From assembly GCA_965116925.1 (NCBI GenBank), contig OZ220744.1, positions 2,144,001 to 2,208,000 of the forward strand: a stretch of DNA of 64,000 bases, given 5' to 3'. Origin of the DNA: Candidatus Poribacteria bacterium (GTDB lineage Bacteria; Poribacteria; WGA-4E; PCPOR2b). The position numbers and the translations under genes were made by a program. Shown piece by piece: positions 21,098-31,496 of this stretch; position 1 is the first letter of the stretch; the number at the start of each line of letters is the position of its first letter. Below the pieces are notes generated by a model. The model was not told the DNA's origin. It did no database searches and saw only the letters and a program-made list of their open reading frames with translations.

Positions 21098-22612
21098 TCA
21101 TCCAAGCATCAGTGCCCCTAGCTCTGCTTCATCTGTCTCCGATGGTTGAAGAATACCGGCAATTCTTCCGTTATACATCACAGCAATCCGGTCGCTCAAA
21201 CTCAAGAGTTCTTCCAAATCGACGGAGATGAGTAGAATTGCCTTGGATCGGTTGCGGGCGTCGATTAATTGTTGATAAACAAACTGGGCGGCGTTAATGT
21301 CCAAACCGCGTGTTGGGTGTGCGGCAATGATAAGTTCGGGATCACTTTCGAGCTCACGCGCCACAACTACTTTTTGCTGATTACCGCCGGAGAGGGTCCG
21401 AATTGGGAGATTGATACCTCCGACCCGGATTTCGTACTTTTTGATCACATCATTTGTGAATTGATGGGCGGTTTTCCGCTGCAACAATCCATGTCGGCAG
21501 AATGGCGGCTGGCTGTGGCTGCCGAGAATTAGGTTTTCATCGACCCGGTCCTCGAGACTGATACCGTGGCGATGTCGGTCAGCGGGTAGATGCGCCACGC
21601 GCTTCCGCCGAATCTCAGCCGGAGATCGATTCACAATAGACTCGCTATTGAGGGTGATGGTGCCACTTTCGCTTTTCCGCAATCCCGTTAGCACCTCAAT
21701 GAGTTCATTTTGTCCGTTCCCCTCCACCCCGGCGATCCCTAAAATTTCCCCCGCGAAAATGTCGAGGTCAATCCCGTCCAACAGGGCCCGTCCGTTCTTG
21801 GCGCGGAGTGTAACATCTTCCAGATGTAGCATGGGTTCGCTAGGTGTATCGGATCTGCTCTGGTGTGTGCTATTGTTGAAAGTTTTTTTGCCGATCATCA
21901 ACTCGGACAGTTCAGTGCTATCTGTCCCCGTTCTGGGAAGTGATGCAACGGATTTGCCACTACGCATCACTGTAACTGTATCAGCAACTGCCATTACTTC
22001 ACTGAGTTTATGCGTAATCAGAACAACGCTTTTTCCCTCTGCTTTCAACCCGTGTAGACAGTCAAACAGTCCAGCGACTTCCTGCGGCGCAAGCACGGCT
22101 GTTGGTTCATCAAGGATCAAGATCTCTGCACCATGATAGAGGGCTTTGAGAATTTCTGCATACTGCTGTGCGCCAATCGGGAGGGATTCCACCTTGGCAT
22201 CCAAATCGAGATGGAAACCGAGTTGCTCAGCGAGCCCTGTGATCGTACGGTGCGCTGTTGCGGTATCCAGAAGGGTTTTGAATCGGCGTGGCTCTTTCGC
22301 TAGGATTATGTTTTCGAGCGCAGTCAGTGCAGGGATAAGGGTGAAGTGCTGCTGCACCATACCAATGCCGAGTTGAATGGCGGTACGAGAGTTGTTGATG
22401 CGAACCGGCGCATCCCAAAAGTAGATCTCCCCCTCGTTCGGCTGGTAAAGTCCGTAAAGGATCTTCATCAATGTCGATTTGCCAGCCCCATTTTCTCCAA
22501 CAATGGCGTGGATCTCGCCCTGTTGCAGCGAGAAGTTTGCCCCGTCATTCGCCAGAACTTTGTCGAACCGTTTGGTGATGCTGTGCATTCTGATGAGCGG
22601 TGGGTTGGTCAT
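21098..22612 (-). CDS. Sugar/nucleoside ABC importer ATP-binding protein (two fused NBDs)
   Basis: GENGAGKST, ILDEPTAVL, LSGGNQQK, PTRGLD. Confidence 0.92.
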   Translation of the reverse strand: MTNPPLIRMHSITKRFDKVLANDGANFSLQQGEIHAIVGENGAGKSTLMKILYGLYQPNEGEIYFWDAPVRINNSRTAIQLGIGMVQQHFTLIPALTALENIILAKEPRRFKTLLDTATAHRTITGLAEQLGFHLDLDAKVESLPIGAQQYAEILKALYHGAEILILDEPTAVLAPQEVAGLFDCLHGLKAEGKSVVLITHKLSEVMAVADTVTVMRSGKSVASLPRTGTDSTELSELMIGKKTFNNSTHQSRSDTPSEPMLHLEDVTLRAKNGRALLDGIDLDIFAGEILGIAGVEGNGQNELIEVLTGLRKSESGTITLNSESIVNRSPAEIRRKRVAHLPADRHRHGISLEDRVDENLILGSHSQPPFCRHGLLQRKTAHQFTNDVIKKYEIRVGGINLPIRTLSGGNQQKVVVARELESDPELIIAAHPTRGLDINAAQFVYQQLIDARNRSKAILLISVDLEELLSLSDRIAVMYNGRIAGILQPSETDEAELGALMLG

Positions 22613-22737
22613 AAAGAGCTTGAAACGTGATGCGTGAAACGTGAAAACTATTGGTTCATTAGCTCATTGGTGCAGTCGGTCTTGGAACATCTGCTTTTCG
22701 GCTTCTGTTGCACAACCACTTAACATGAACCAAGATT

Positions 22738-25700
22738 TTATCGCCTGATTTTCATACGAGGATGCCAATGTTCGATTAGGTTAGATGGGATTTCGCGGAG
22801 GAACATCGATCCTCCCCGCTCATAGCCATCTTGGCGGCGGAGGACAGACGTGAGATAAAGCCGCGCTTGAGCGCGAGTCATACCAACGTAGAACAGGCGT
22901 CGTTCCTCCTCAATTTCCTCTAACGATTCATTGCTACGCCAAATCGGGAATGTTCCCTGCTCCAGCCCCATGATAATCACGACCGGGAATTCTGTTCCCT
23001 TTGCTGTATGCAGCGTCATCAACGTGATTTTGTCCTCTTCAATCTCTACTTCATCGGCACTGTTAATCAACTTCTGATAATCGAGAAAATTGGTGAGGTG
23101 CCTTTCAACACTAGTCGTTTCAAAATGTAAAACGCCGTTCATGAACCTTGCGCGTCTCGCCTCCCAATCCCTGTCTTCTGGTGATTCCTCAAGCTGCGTT
23201 TGCTTGAGTATATTAATCAGGTCTTGAAGCGATTGTTTCTCCGTAGGTTGCAGATCCGTTTCAAGCCAATCTAGATCTGGCGGATGTGTCCGAACATACC
23301 GCGCAGCAGCTTGGTAATAGGTTTTTATTCCGCCTGCCGTCTCTGCATCCATTCCGAGGTCCTGTTGGTCCCGTTGAGCAGCAAGGATCCCAATTCCGAC
23401 CAACGGTAAGAGTTCGGGCAGGGATTTCACTTCACGGCGGCGCAGATCCTCTTTGATCAGTTCATCAAACACCTCGTGATTGACCCGTACGTCCTCAATC
23501 GCTTGGTGCATAGTACCATGCTCGATATTGAATTTGGTCGCAAGGGCTTCTAAACTACAGCTTTCACGTGGATAGAGACGTTGCGCTGTGGCAAGGGTAT
23601 CGTAGTAAGGATTAGAAAGTCCATGCTTCAGATATTTTCCGAGGTCCCGTTCAAGCACAAGATTATCAAAATCGGCGATATTGTGTCCGATGAGGATGCG
23701 ATCTTGGATGAAACTCAGAAACTGTGGTAGCACAATCTCAATGCCCGGCTCATTTGCTACAGTCTCGTTGTCAATACCGTGGATAGTCGTACTCGATTTC
23801 GGGATCCTGCCTGTCGGTTTGACATATTGATGGTAGCTTTGAACCTTACTTCCAATTGCGCTTAAACGATTCGCATAGATCTCAATAATCTCCGCAGTTT
23901 TCGGGTTATTGTCTATCGTTTCGAGGTCGTAGACAATCATGTCCGCAAGGTTTGGCTTTTCAAAGCTGCTCAAGAGTCGTTGACACAGTTTTAATGCGGT
24001 AACGCTGCGAGATTGAGTGAGCTGCGATTTGTTGAGTTGGATGACGTTTGCATCTGCACCGGTCGCAGAGCCGAGCAGGATTGTTGTATCTTTGCGTTCA
24101 GGCAGCTCTCCAAAGTCCCCAATTAGGATGTTGACCCCACTCTCATCCACTGTCGGGGTCAGGGAAAAATCGGGAGGCAGAAGATCTATATAAATTGTGA
24201 GGTTGAGGTATCGCTCCAACGTCAACCGAATAATGTGGGCAGCACAGTAAGAATCAATCCCGTAGTTTGCTGTCAGATGGATGGGATCTCCACGGTCAAT
24301 GGCACTATACAGGGTATCTGTCGCAGCGCGAAGTCCGGGGATTTCCGATTGATTTTCCATCTTGTGCATGTCTTCGGATTGGTACGGACTGCGTCTCTGC
24401 GAAAGGAGATCGAAGAGCCGGATCGCGATGGTATGTATCTGTTCACCTTCAATCCCATTATGAAAATTATCAATCTGTTGGAAGAATTGACGTACATTCC
24501 AACGGGTGAAGGGCCCCACATCGTCTGGATAGTCATCAATTTTTCTGAGCAGTTCAATTAGCGTAACACCTTTCTGTTGTGCTAGCCACTTCAACCGGAC
24601 CAACGTGAGGTCGTCGATTAGCTGCTGTGGAAAATTGACTGCCTTCTCAATATCGCGGGGGAGTTGCCACTGGACGAAGTTCAGATAGGAGAGAATCCCT
24701 TGTGCGTGTTCCTCCTGGAAGGAGTTGATCCGTCCAATACGCTGAAACCCGACGCGCTCTTGGTGCAGCCGATCGACTAACGTATCTGCCAATTGGTGGG
24801 TGCGGTAGAAAACCCCGATGTCACCGTAGGAGTAATGTCGTCCTTCCACCAGTTTCCGAATCAACGTAATAACGTGGTTTGCCTCTGTATCAGGGGTGTC
24901 TAACGTGTAGTGATAGAGAGTGTTTCCAGCGTCCTTGTGCGTTTTCAGAACGCTCTCCTTCTGGCGTGTATTTTTGGCAATCACCGCCCCCGCAGCGCGC
25001 AGGATCCGCTCACTGCACCGATAATGTTCTTCTAACTCAACCACCGTTGGCTTGAAATCTTTCTTGAATTGTTCAATATATTGGGGACTGGAGCCGCGCC
25101 AGCTATAGATAGATTGATCTTCGTCCGCTACGACCATCACGTTATGTTGAGGAGCGTGGGAGAGGAGTTTGAGCAGGGTATACTGTGCAGCGTTAATATC
25201 TTGGTATTCATCAACGAGGATGAAGCGGATGTCATTGTGGTACTTTGCCCGAATGTCAGGCACCTGTTCAAGCACTTCGACAGATTTGGAGATCAGATCA
25301 TCGAAGTCAAGGGCGTTATGAGCGGCGAGTTTTGTCTGATAAGCTTTGAGCAGATCAGTAATGTCTTGCACTTGCACCGGATCGTCAATAACTGTTCCAT
25401 CACCTAGCCAAATTTCATTTTGATTAGCGGTTGGATCTTCCAACTTCACCTTGTACGCACCGATGATGTCGCGCAGCATCCACGGGGGGTAGGTGAGCCG
25501 ATTCTGACGAAGTTCGCGTAGACATTCGATTAGTACCTCTTCCTGTGTCTCCTGACTGAAAATTGCGAAGTTTACCCCCAGCCCAATTTCTTCTGAGTGC
25601 TGACGGAGCAGGCGGACGCAAAAGGCGTGGAATGTATGGATACGAACCTCTAACCCTTGCGTTGTGCCGAGCAGTTCTTTGATCCGATCAAGCATCTCCT

Positions 25701-25893
25701 GTGCGGCTTTGTTCGTGAAGGTAACGGCAAAAATCTGCTGCGGTGCTACCTGATGGTTTCGGATAAGATGTGCAATTCGGTGGGTAATGACATTTGTCTT
25801 GCCCGTGCCCGGTCCTGCTACCACCAGCATCGCACCGTCGGTATGGGCTGCGGCTTGCTGTTGCTTTTCATTGAGTTCCTGTAGGAGTTCCAT
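22738..25893 (-). CDS. UvrD/PcrA-family SF1 helicase with an inserted degenerate RecJ-like DHH segment and a nested DEDDh 3'-5' exonuclease
   Basis: AGPGTGKT, TFTNKAA, VDEYQD, QSIYSWRG, TLHTAKGTEF, EERRLFYVGMTRA; internal YDLET / GHNIADFD / HQAIED; GAGGTG RBS before ATG 25893. Confidence 0.9.
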   Translation of the reverse strand: MELLQELNEKQQQAAAHTDGAMLVVAGPGTGKTNVITHRIAHLIRNHQVAPQQIFAVTFTNKAAQEMLDRIKELLGTTQGLEVRIHTFHAFCVRLLRQHSEEIGLGVNFAIFSQETQEEVLIECLRELRQNRLTYPPWMLRDIIGAYKVKLEDPTANQNEIWLGDGTVIDDPVQVQDITDLLKAYQTKLAAHNALDFDDLISKSVEVLEQVPDIRAKYHNDIRFILVDEYQDINAAQYTLLKLLSHAPQHNVMVVADEDQSIYSWRGSSPQYIEQFKKDFKPTVVELEEHYRCSERILRAAGAVIAKNTRQKESVLKTHKDAGNTLYHYTLDTPDTEANHVITLIRKLVEGRHYSYGDIGVFYRTHQLADTLVDRLHQERVGFQRIGRINSFQEEHAQGILSYLNFVQWQLPRDIEKAVNFPQQLIDDLTLVRLKWLAQQKGVTLIELLRKIDDYPDDVGPFTRWNVRQFFQQIDNFHNGIEGEQIHTIAIRLFDLLSQRRSPYQSEDMHKMENQSEIPGLRAATDTLYSAIDRGDPIHLTANYGIDSYCAAHIIRLTLERYLNLTIYIDLLPPDFSLTPTVDESGVNILIGDFGELPERKDTTILLGSATGADANVIQLNKSQLTQSRSVTALKLCQRLLSSFEKPNLADMIVYDLETIDNNPKTAEIIEIYANRLSAIGSKVQSYHQYVKPTGRIPKSSTTIHGIDNETVANEPGIEIVLPQFLSFIQDRILIGHNIADFDNLVLERDLGKYLKHGLSNPYYDTLATAQRLYPRESCSLEALATKFNIEHGTMHQAIEDVRVNHEVFDELIKEDLRRREVKSLPELLPLVGIGILAAQRDQQDLGMDAETAGGIKTYYQAAARYVRTHPPDLDWLETDLQPTEKQSLQDLINILKQTQLEESPEDRDWEARRARFMNGVLHFETTSVERHLTNFLDYQKLINSADEVEIEEDKITLMTLHTAKGTEFPVVIIMGLEQGTFPIWRSNESLEEIEEERRLFYVGMTRAQARLYLTSVLRRQDGYERGGSMFLREIPSNLIEHWHPRMKIRR

Positions 25894-26005
25894 AATCATC
25901 ACCTCATTCAATATGTTTTGGTTAATTATATTTTAACATATTGATAAAAACAAAGCAAACAAAATATGATGCGTGAAACGTGAGGACACTGGCTCATTAG
26001 TTGAT

Positions 26006-26175
26006 TATAGTGAATTCAAAAAATAAAGGAACACTTGCGCCGCCCGGTAGGTGCGGTTAGAAACCGCACCGCATCGGCGCAGTTAGAAACAGCGCCTACC
26101 AAACAGGAGAACGGTAGTTTCATTTTCCTAACCGCACCGGTTTGGCGTGTCCCATTAATTCTAAAATCTACTATG
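26006..26175 (-). mobile_element. Family A MITE, expanded 170-bp copy in reverse orientation
   Basis: TATAGTGAATTCAAAAAATAAA...CATTAATTCTAAAATCTACTATG; extra GTAGGTGCGGTTAGAAACCGCACC hairpin inside. Confidence 0.75.
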
Positions 26176-26273
26176 AGTTCATTACTCATGCCAAAAGAAA
26201 GTGTAAAGCATGAATGCCTGACAGAGGAAGGTATACGGCAAGCGCGCAGTCATACGCTTGCCGCTGACTTTGA

Positions 26274-28223
26274 TTAATCCTTTGACAATGCCTCAAGGGC
26301 GTTTAGGTGCCAGTCTGGATCTTCCAATGCTTCGTAGACAATGCCGCCTTCGACGTTCCGAGGCATGGGAAGGCCCAGCAGATGGCAGAGCGTCGGTGCT
26401 ACATCAATGACCCGCACCTGTCTTTGGAGGGCTACACCTTGACGGACACCCGCACCGGAGAGAATAAATGTCGAGTGCTGTCCGCCGATCCCAAAGCTGA
26501 CGGACGGAAGTTGTTTGCCGTGTGCGCCATCAAACTCCGGGCGCAAGGCGTAAACCACATCGCCTACAAGGTTGCTGGTGAGATTGACCATCTCAGCGTC
26601 CGCATGTGTCAATGCGAGCGTGAATGGATGCCTACCGGTCTCCGGGTCCTTATAGGCGTGAAGGGCGGCAATAATCTCGCGCTGCGTCGCCTCATAATCG
26701 GCGGGGTCAACAATGCCTTCGGGTTCACGACCCTTGAGGTTGATGAAAACGTGCACCAAGCCAACATCAACAGCACGGGTCTTCGACCAGTCGATCTCAC
26801 GTGTCCCTTCTTTGTAAACGATGAAGCCCGATTCTTCTAGCACTTGGGTAATATTTACCGAACGGAACTGGTTTGGTGTGCCACCGTGATCTGAGCAAAC
26901 AAGGATAACCGTGTCATCGTCCGCGAGTTCCATCACACGCCCGATCATCCGATCGGTCGAAGCGTAAGTCCGAATAACGCCATCTCGACACCGTTGGATT
27001 GTTTCGGGAGGTGCACCACTTATTTCGTCCGCTTGACTCAAGAAGAAGTGGCTCGTGTAATCTGGCGCATGGGTTTCCACCATGAGGACATCCCACTCGT
27101 GTGTTTGTGTCAAATGGGTTGCGACATCGGCCAGACGCTCATGGTGGTATTCTAAGGATTCAAAATAGGTATCATCGTCGATTACACCCAAGGCATCTCG
27201 TCCGGGGTTTTGACGAAAAGGGCTAAGTTCCTTGTCGATCTCCAACGCAATTTCGGCGGGAACGGTGTACCCCTCGCGGGGCCAGATCTGCGGAACGAAT
27301 AGTTCAAAGGCATCCGCAGTCGGGGTCAGCGTAATCAGTTTCATGCGGACATATCCTTCGACATCAGCTCCATCAATCTCGAAGGTATCCAGCCAAAAAT
27401 CGCTCCAATCTCCCACACTAAGTTCTGTAACGATATCGGTTCCCGATCGGCTCCGACATACTCGCACGCGATCGTAGCCGTTTTCCCCGGCAGCGTAAAT
27501 CAGTCCGAAGAAGGGTTTGGGCGTCCCCTGTTTTCCCCGGTTCATATCTGCCCGTCCTCGTGTGAGCGGTTGGATTGTCAATTCAACTTCGCGCGGCGGT
27601 TGTGTCGAAGCCGGTAGATCGGTCCATCCCTTTCCATCAACCGATTCTATCGTGACCGGATCAATAGCACTAACGTCCTGTAATCCGCTTGGATCCAATG
27701 TCTCTGGATCGCGTTCTCCACCGATCGGACGCGGTGTCCATTTTCCACTAACGAAAAGATGGTAACCAGCAACCTGATGGTGGTTTGATACGCCCGGTCC
27801 CGTTCCTTCCACTTGGATGCCGGTGGTCACGGTCGGGGGCCAAGACATCTCCCATTTGACAAGGATCGGTTTTCGTCCAGCGCGCTCCGCCAGATTCCAG
27901 AGATATTCGGATTGACACAGCCCTGTATTGATGCCCCAAACGGTTTTATCCAACCGTTCCCCCAGAGCACGGATATTAAAATCCATCACTCGGTGAGTGC
28001 CGGGCCAGGAGCCGGTACTGAGTGCTGTCCACCCCGGCGGGGTCAAGGTTGGAAAAACACCGATCATGGGCCGAAAAACCCCTTGCTCTCGCAACTTCCC
28101 CATATTCGGGGCGTGTCCCCAATCGATCACATTGTTGACTAGTTCCATGCTCGCGCCGTCCATGCCGATCACAATCGCACGTTTCGCCGGAGACAGGTTT
28201 GATACGTTAGAATTTGTAGGCAT
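26274..28223 (-). CDS. Alkaline phosphatase superfamily protein (nucleotide pyrophosphatase/phosphodiesterase type)
   Basis: VIGMDGA, FPTLTPPGWTALSTG, CSDHGG, DVAPTL. Confidence 0.88.
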   Translation of the reverse strand: MPTNSNVSNLSPAKRAIVIGMDGASMELVNNVIDWGHAPNMGKLREQGVFRPMIGVFPTLTPPGWTALSTGSWPGTHRVMDFNIRALGERLDKTVWGINTGLCQSEYLWNLAERAGRKPILVKWEMSWPPTVTTGIQVEGTGPGVSNHHQVAGYHLFVSGKWTPRPIGGERDPETLDPSGLQDVSAIDPVTIESVDGKGWTDLPASTQPPREVELTIQPLTRGRADMNRGKQGTPKPFFGLIYAAGENGYDRVRVCRSRSGTDIVTELSVGDWSDFWLDTFEIDGADVEGYVRMKLITLTPTADAFELFVPQIWPREGYTVPAEIALEIDKELSPFRQNPGRDALGVIDDDTYFESLEYHHERLADVATHLTQTHEWDVLMVETHAPDYTSHFFLSQADEISGAPPETIQRCRDGVIRTYASTDRMIGRVMELADDDTVILVCSDHGGTPNQFRSVNITQVLEESGFIVYKEGTREIDWSKTRAVDVGLVHVFINLKGREPEGIVDPADYEATQREIIAALHAYKDPETGRHPFTLALTHADAEMVNLTSNLVGDVVYALRPEFDGAHGKQLPSVSFGIGGQHSTFILSGAGVRQGVALQRQVRVIDVAPTLCHLLGLPMPRNVEGGIVYEALEDPDWHLNALEALSKD

Positions 28224-28546
28224 TATAAATTCCTTTCTTTTGAAATTTCCAGATTTCTTGATGATTTAGACTGATTTTATCACAACTCCGTCAATCCGTC
28301 GATCACTAGAGATTGACAATTTAAGATTTACTACTTGTCAAGAATAGGGCAGATCAAGTATATTATCATAATGCAATCTATAATCCGAATGTTGCTGTAA
28401 GCTGCATCTCTAAATTTATGTTTTCACAGCCTTATGGATTGATCCCAAGTCAAGTGTTATAATAACCGAAGTTGCTAGTTATTGGAAATCCATCAGAACC
28501 TGTAGGTCGAGATTCATATCTCGACATCAAACTATGGAGAAAAACT

Positions 28547-29524
28547 ATGAATGTAGTTCCAGACGAATTTATCCGCGTAATGCCAGATGCACTTCGAGCC
28601 TTTATCAGTGAAGCTTTCCAGAAGGCGGGAACCTCGGAAGAGGATGCTGCACACATGGCGCACCTGCTAGTTCTCACGGATCTGCGCGGCGTATTCAGTC
28701 ACGGCACACGCCAGACACCGGGATATGTGGATATGATGCTTGAGGGCAAAGTAAATCCACGACCAACCGTTCGCTGCATTGATGAATCGCCGACAACGGC
28801 AATCTACGATGGTGATGGCGGCATGGGACATTTCGCCTCGTACCATGCCGCGAAGGCAGCGGTAAGAAAAGCCAAAGAGATGGGGCTAGGTGCCGCAACG
28901 AGTCGGAATCACTTCCATTTTGGGAGTGCCGGCAAGTATACACGGCTCGCAGCTGAAGCGGATTGCGCCGGGTTTGCGGTCTCTTGCCACCGTTTTCGCC
29001 ACAGCCCTGACAGTGCAATAGCCACCGCGACGGGGGCTTCCCCAATGAGTTTTGCGATTCCGGCGGGCAAGCAACCGCCGATAGTCGCAGATATGGCAAC
29101 CGGCATTGATGCCAAACTGCCGTTGGAACAGGCGTTTGAACAGAGTCCCGCTGCGTTTTTCAAGATGTTGGGTTTGAGTCATGTGAGTCACGCGCTCGGT
29201 GGGTTTATGGCAGGTATTTGGCTATTTGACAAGCCACCAGATCCGCCGACAATCTGGGAAGGTGCCAATCAAGGCGCTTTCATCGCAGCGATTGACATCT
29301 CCCGATTCCGACCGATTGATGAATTCAAAGCAGAGATTGATCAACATATCCACGATGCACGACAGATGCAACCTGCACCGGGTTATGATCGATCAGATCT
29401 GCCCGGCGGCTTAGAATGGGAACGCGAACGGGAGTGGGCAGAAAGTGGCATCCCGGTCGGCGACATACATCAGGAACAGTTGAAAATAGTTGCTGAACGG
29501 GTCGAGATTCCCCTTCCATTTTAA
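28547..29524 (+). CDS. Ldh_2 family (malate/L-lactate/ureidoglycolate-type) oxidoreductase
   Basis: DLRGVFSHG, DGDGGMGH, RNHFHFGSAG, DMAT. Confidence 0.88.
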   Translation: MNVVPDEFIRVMPDALRAFISEAFQKAGTSEEDAAHMAHLLVLTDLRGVFSHGTRQTPGYVDMMLEGKVNPRPTVRCIDESPTTAIYDGDGGMGHFASYHAAKAAVRKAKEMGLGAATSRNHFHFGSAGKYTRLAAEADCAGFAVSCHRFRHSPDSAIATATGASPMSFAIPAGKQPPIVADMATGIDAKLPLEQAFEQSPAAFFKMLGLSHVSHALGGFMAGIWLFDKPPDPPTIWEGANQGAFIAAIDISRFRPIDEFKAEIDQHIHDARQMQPAPGYDRSDLPGGLEWEREREWAESGIPVGDIHQEQLKIVAERVEIPLPF

Positions 29525-29625
29525 TAACCTTAGTTTTATTATTCTTGCTTAAAATTTAGTGGGGAGCATGCCCGATAAATCGGGGTTTACACACGCTTCC
29601 CCCACATAGCAAAAGGAGCATCCTA

Positions 29626-30357
29626 ATGTCTCAGATTAAATCTGTTCTACTATGGGAAAATCCCCGACGATATATCCGTGAAGCGATTGATGAAGGAACG
29701 CTCAGGGGCGCGATTATCCCAACAGGCAGCACCGAGCAACATAACGAACATCTGGCAATGATCCACGATACCGCAAGTGCAGTGCATGTCTCAAAGCTGG
29801 CTGCACAGAAATTATTCCCGGAAGTTGTTGTGACGACGCCCCTAGCGATTGGCGTGTCAGAGCACTGGATGGATCACAAAGGAACGCTGACACTTCGCGC
29901 TGAAGTATTCGGACAGGTTCTGTATGACGTGGCAGATAGTATGCGTCGTCACGGGATTACAAATATATTGATTATCAATGGACATGCCGGCAATGCAGCT
30001 CCCGTAAATGAACGGTTGGATGGCTACCGCGAAAAACTCGGTATCAATATTGACTTTCACTCATATTGGGAAGCGTATTCCCCAGAGTTTGTCCAAGAGC
30101 AGATGGAGACGGGCAGATGCCCCGGCCATGCTGCAGAGTTTGAAACGGCGTTTGCGTGGGCAGCCTTTCCGGAAAATGTCGATTGGGACGGTGTGGACTA
30201 TGACAGTGCCAAATTGACTATCTCCAATCCGGATCAGGCTGAAGCTGATCGGATGTATCATCATGATGCGAAAGTAGCAACCGCCGAAAAAGGGCAGGCG
30301 ATGATTGATGTCGCTGTCGATTGGGTTGCTGACAGGATGCAGCAGATGATGAGCTAG
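29626..30357 (+). CDS. Creatininase family amidohydrolase
   Basis: PTGSTEQH..HL...D, SEHW, INGHAGN, GHAAEFET. Confidence 0.9.
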   Translation: MSQIKSVLLWENPRRYIREAIDEGTLRGAIIPTGSTEQHNEHLAMIHDTASAVHVSKLAAQKLFPEVVVTTPLAIGVSEHWMDHKGTLTLRAEVFGQVLYDVADSMRRHGITNILIINGHAGNAAPVNERLDGYREKLGINIDFHSYWEAYSPEFVQEQMETGRCPGHAAEFETAFAWAAFPENVDWDGVDYDSAKLTISNPDQAEADRMYHHDAKVATAEKGQAMIDVAVDWVADRMQQMMS

Positions 30358-30415
30358 CCTTCAACCTTGCGTGGGTTTAATACCTTCGCAAGGTGCAGCT
30401 ACTGAGGTGAAAACT

Positions 30416-31417
30416 ATGCAAACCAAAATTCTGGGCAGAACTGGACTGGAAGTGCCGATTGTGGGTTTGGGGGCTGCGTTTATTGGGATTCCGACCCCTA
30501 ATCAGGCCGCTGAAGAATACCCTGAAGATCCCAATAATCTTCGGGGTGATGAATTTCTGACTAGCTACATGGAGGAAGATCTCGGTGTGCGAACCATCCA
30601 TGCTGCGATCGAGGCTGGCAGCACACTCATCGACACCGCTCCCCTTTACGGTGGCACCCGAAGCGAAACAACAATTGGTCGCGCGCTCCAAGCGCGTCCA
30701 GATTTAGCTGCCAAGTGTACCGTTACTACCAAGGTCGGACAAATCACGATGGATGCGAAAGATTATAGTTTCGATGCAATCCTACGTGATGTGGAAGCTA
30801 GCCAAGAGCGTCTAGGCATTGAACAATTTGAGGTTCTCTACATTCACGATCCCATGGATGTGCCTATGAAGCAGGTGATGGGACGAGATGGCGCGTTGGG
30901 AGCGTTGCGAAAACTACAGAAGGAGGGAGTTGTTCAATATGTTGGTGCTGCAGCTAACGAACCCGAAACGAATGCTCCCTACATCGAAACTGGGGAATTT
31001 GATGCTGCTGTAGTGCCAGAGGCTTGGAGCCTTCTGAATCAACTTGCGGCGGAACGCATCTTACCCGCTGCGGAGAAGCATAACGTCGGGCTTGTCGTTG
31101 CGACGCCGCTTGAACGAGGGCTGCTTGCAACAGGACCGGTGTCGGATATCAACTATCTGGCACGCAACTTCAGCCAAGATTGCCTAGACCACGTTTCCAA
31201 AATCCAGACACTCTGCCGTGACTACAATGTTCCGATGGTAGCTGCGTCCCTTCAATGGTGTACCCGTCATCCGCAGGTCGCTGCAACAATACCAGGTGCT
31301 CGTACCCCTGAAGAAGCGATTGAGAACGCGAAGGCAGGAACGGTTGAAATTCCGGATGCTTTCTGGGAAGATTTGGCACCTCTCGTGCGACATTTTGAGA
31401 TTGGGGTTGATCGTTAA
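30416..31417 (+). CDS. Aldo/keto reductase
   Basis: LGRTGLEV, IDTAPLYG, TKVG, LYIHDP, IPGART. Confidence 0.92.
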   Translation: MQTKILGRTGLEVPIVGLGAAFIGIPTPNQAAEEYPEDPNNLRGDEFLTSYMEEDLGVRTIHAAIEAGSTLIDTAPLYGGTRSETTIGRALQARPDLAAKCTVTTKVGQITMDAKDYSFDAILRDVEASQERLGIEQFEVLYIHDPMDVPMKQVMGRDGALGALRKLQKEGVVQYVGAAANEPETNAPYIETGEFDAAVVPEAWSLLNQLAAERILPAAEKHNVGLVVATPLERGLLATGPVSDINYLARNFSQDCLDHVSKIQTLCRDYNVPMVAASLQWCTRHPQVAATIPGARTPEEAIENAKAGTVEIPDAFWEDLAPLVRHFEIGVDR

Positions 31418-31496
31418 GCAAGCTAAAAGAGCGCATCTGATGCTACATAAACGGCGTATGAATTCAAATCTTTTTCTGGTATTGAGGAGCAACTTG

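Noticed and set aside
28313..28341. TTGACAA-N15-TTGTCAA inverted repeat between divergent genes
   Set aside because: No correctly spaced -10 for either half and only one occurrence; too weak to call
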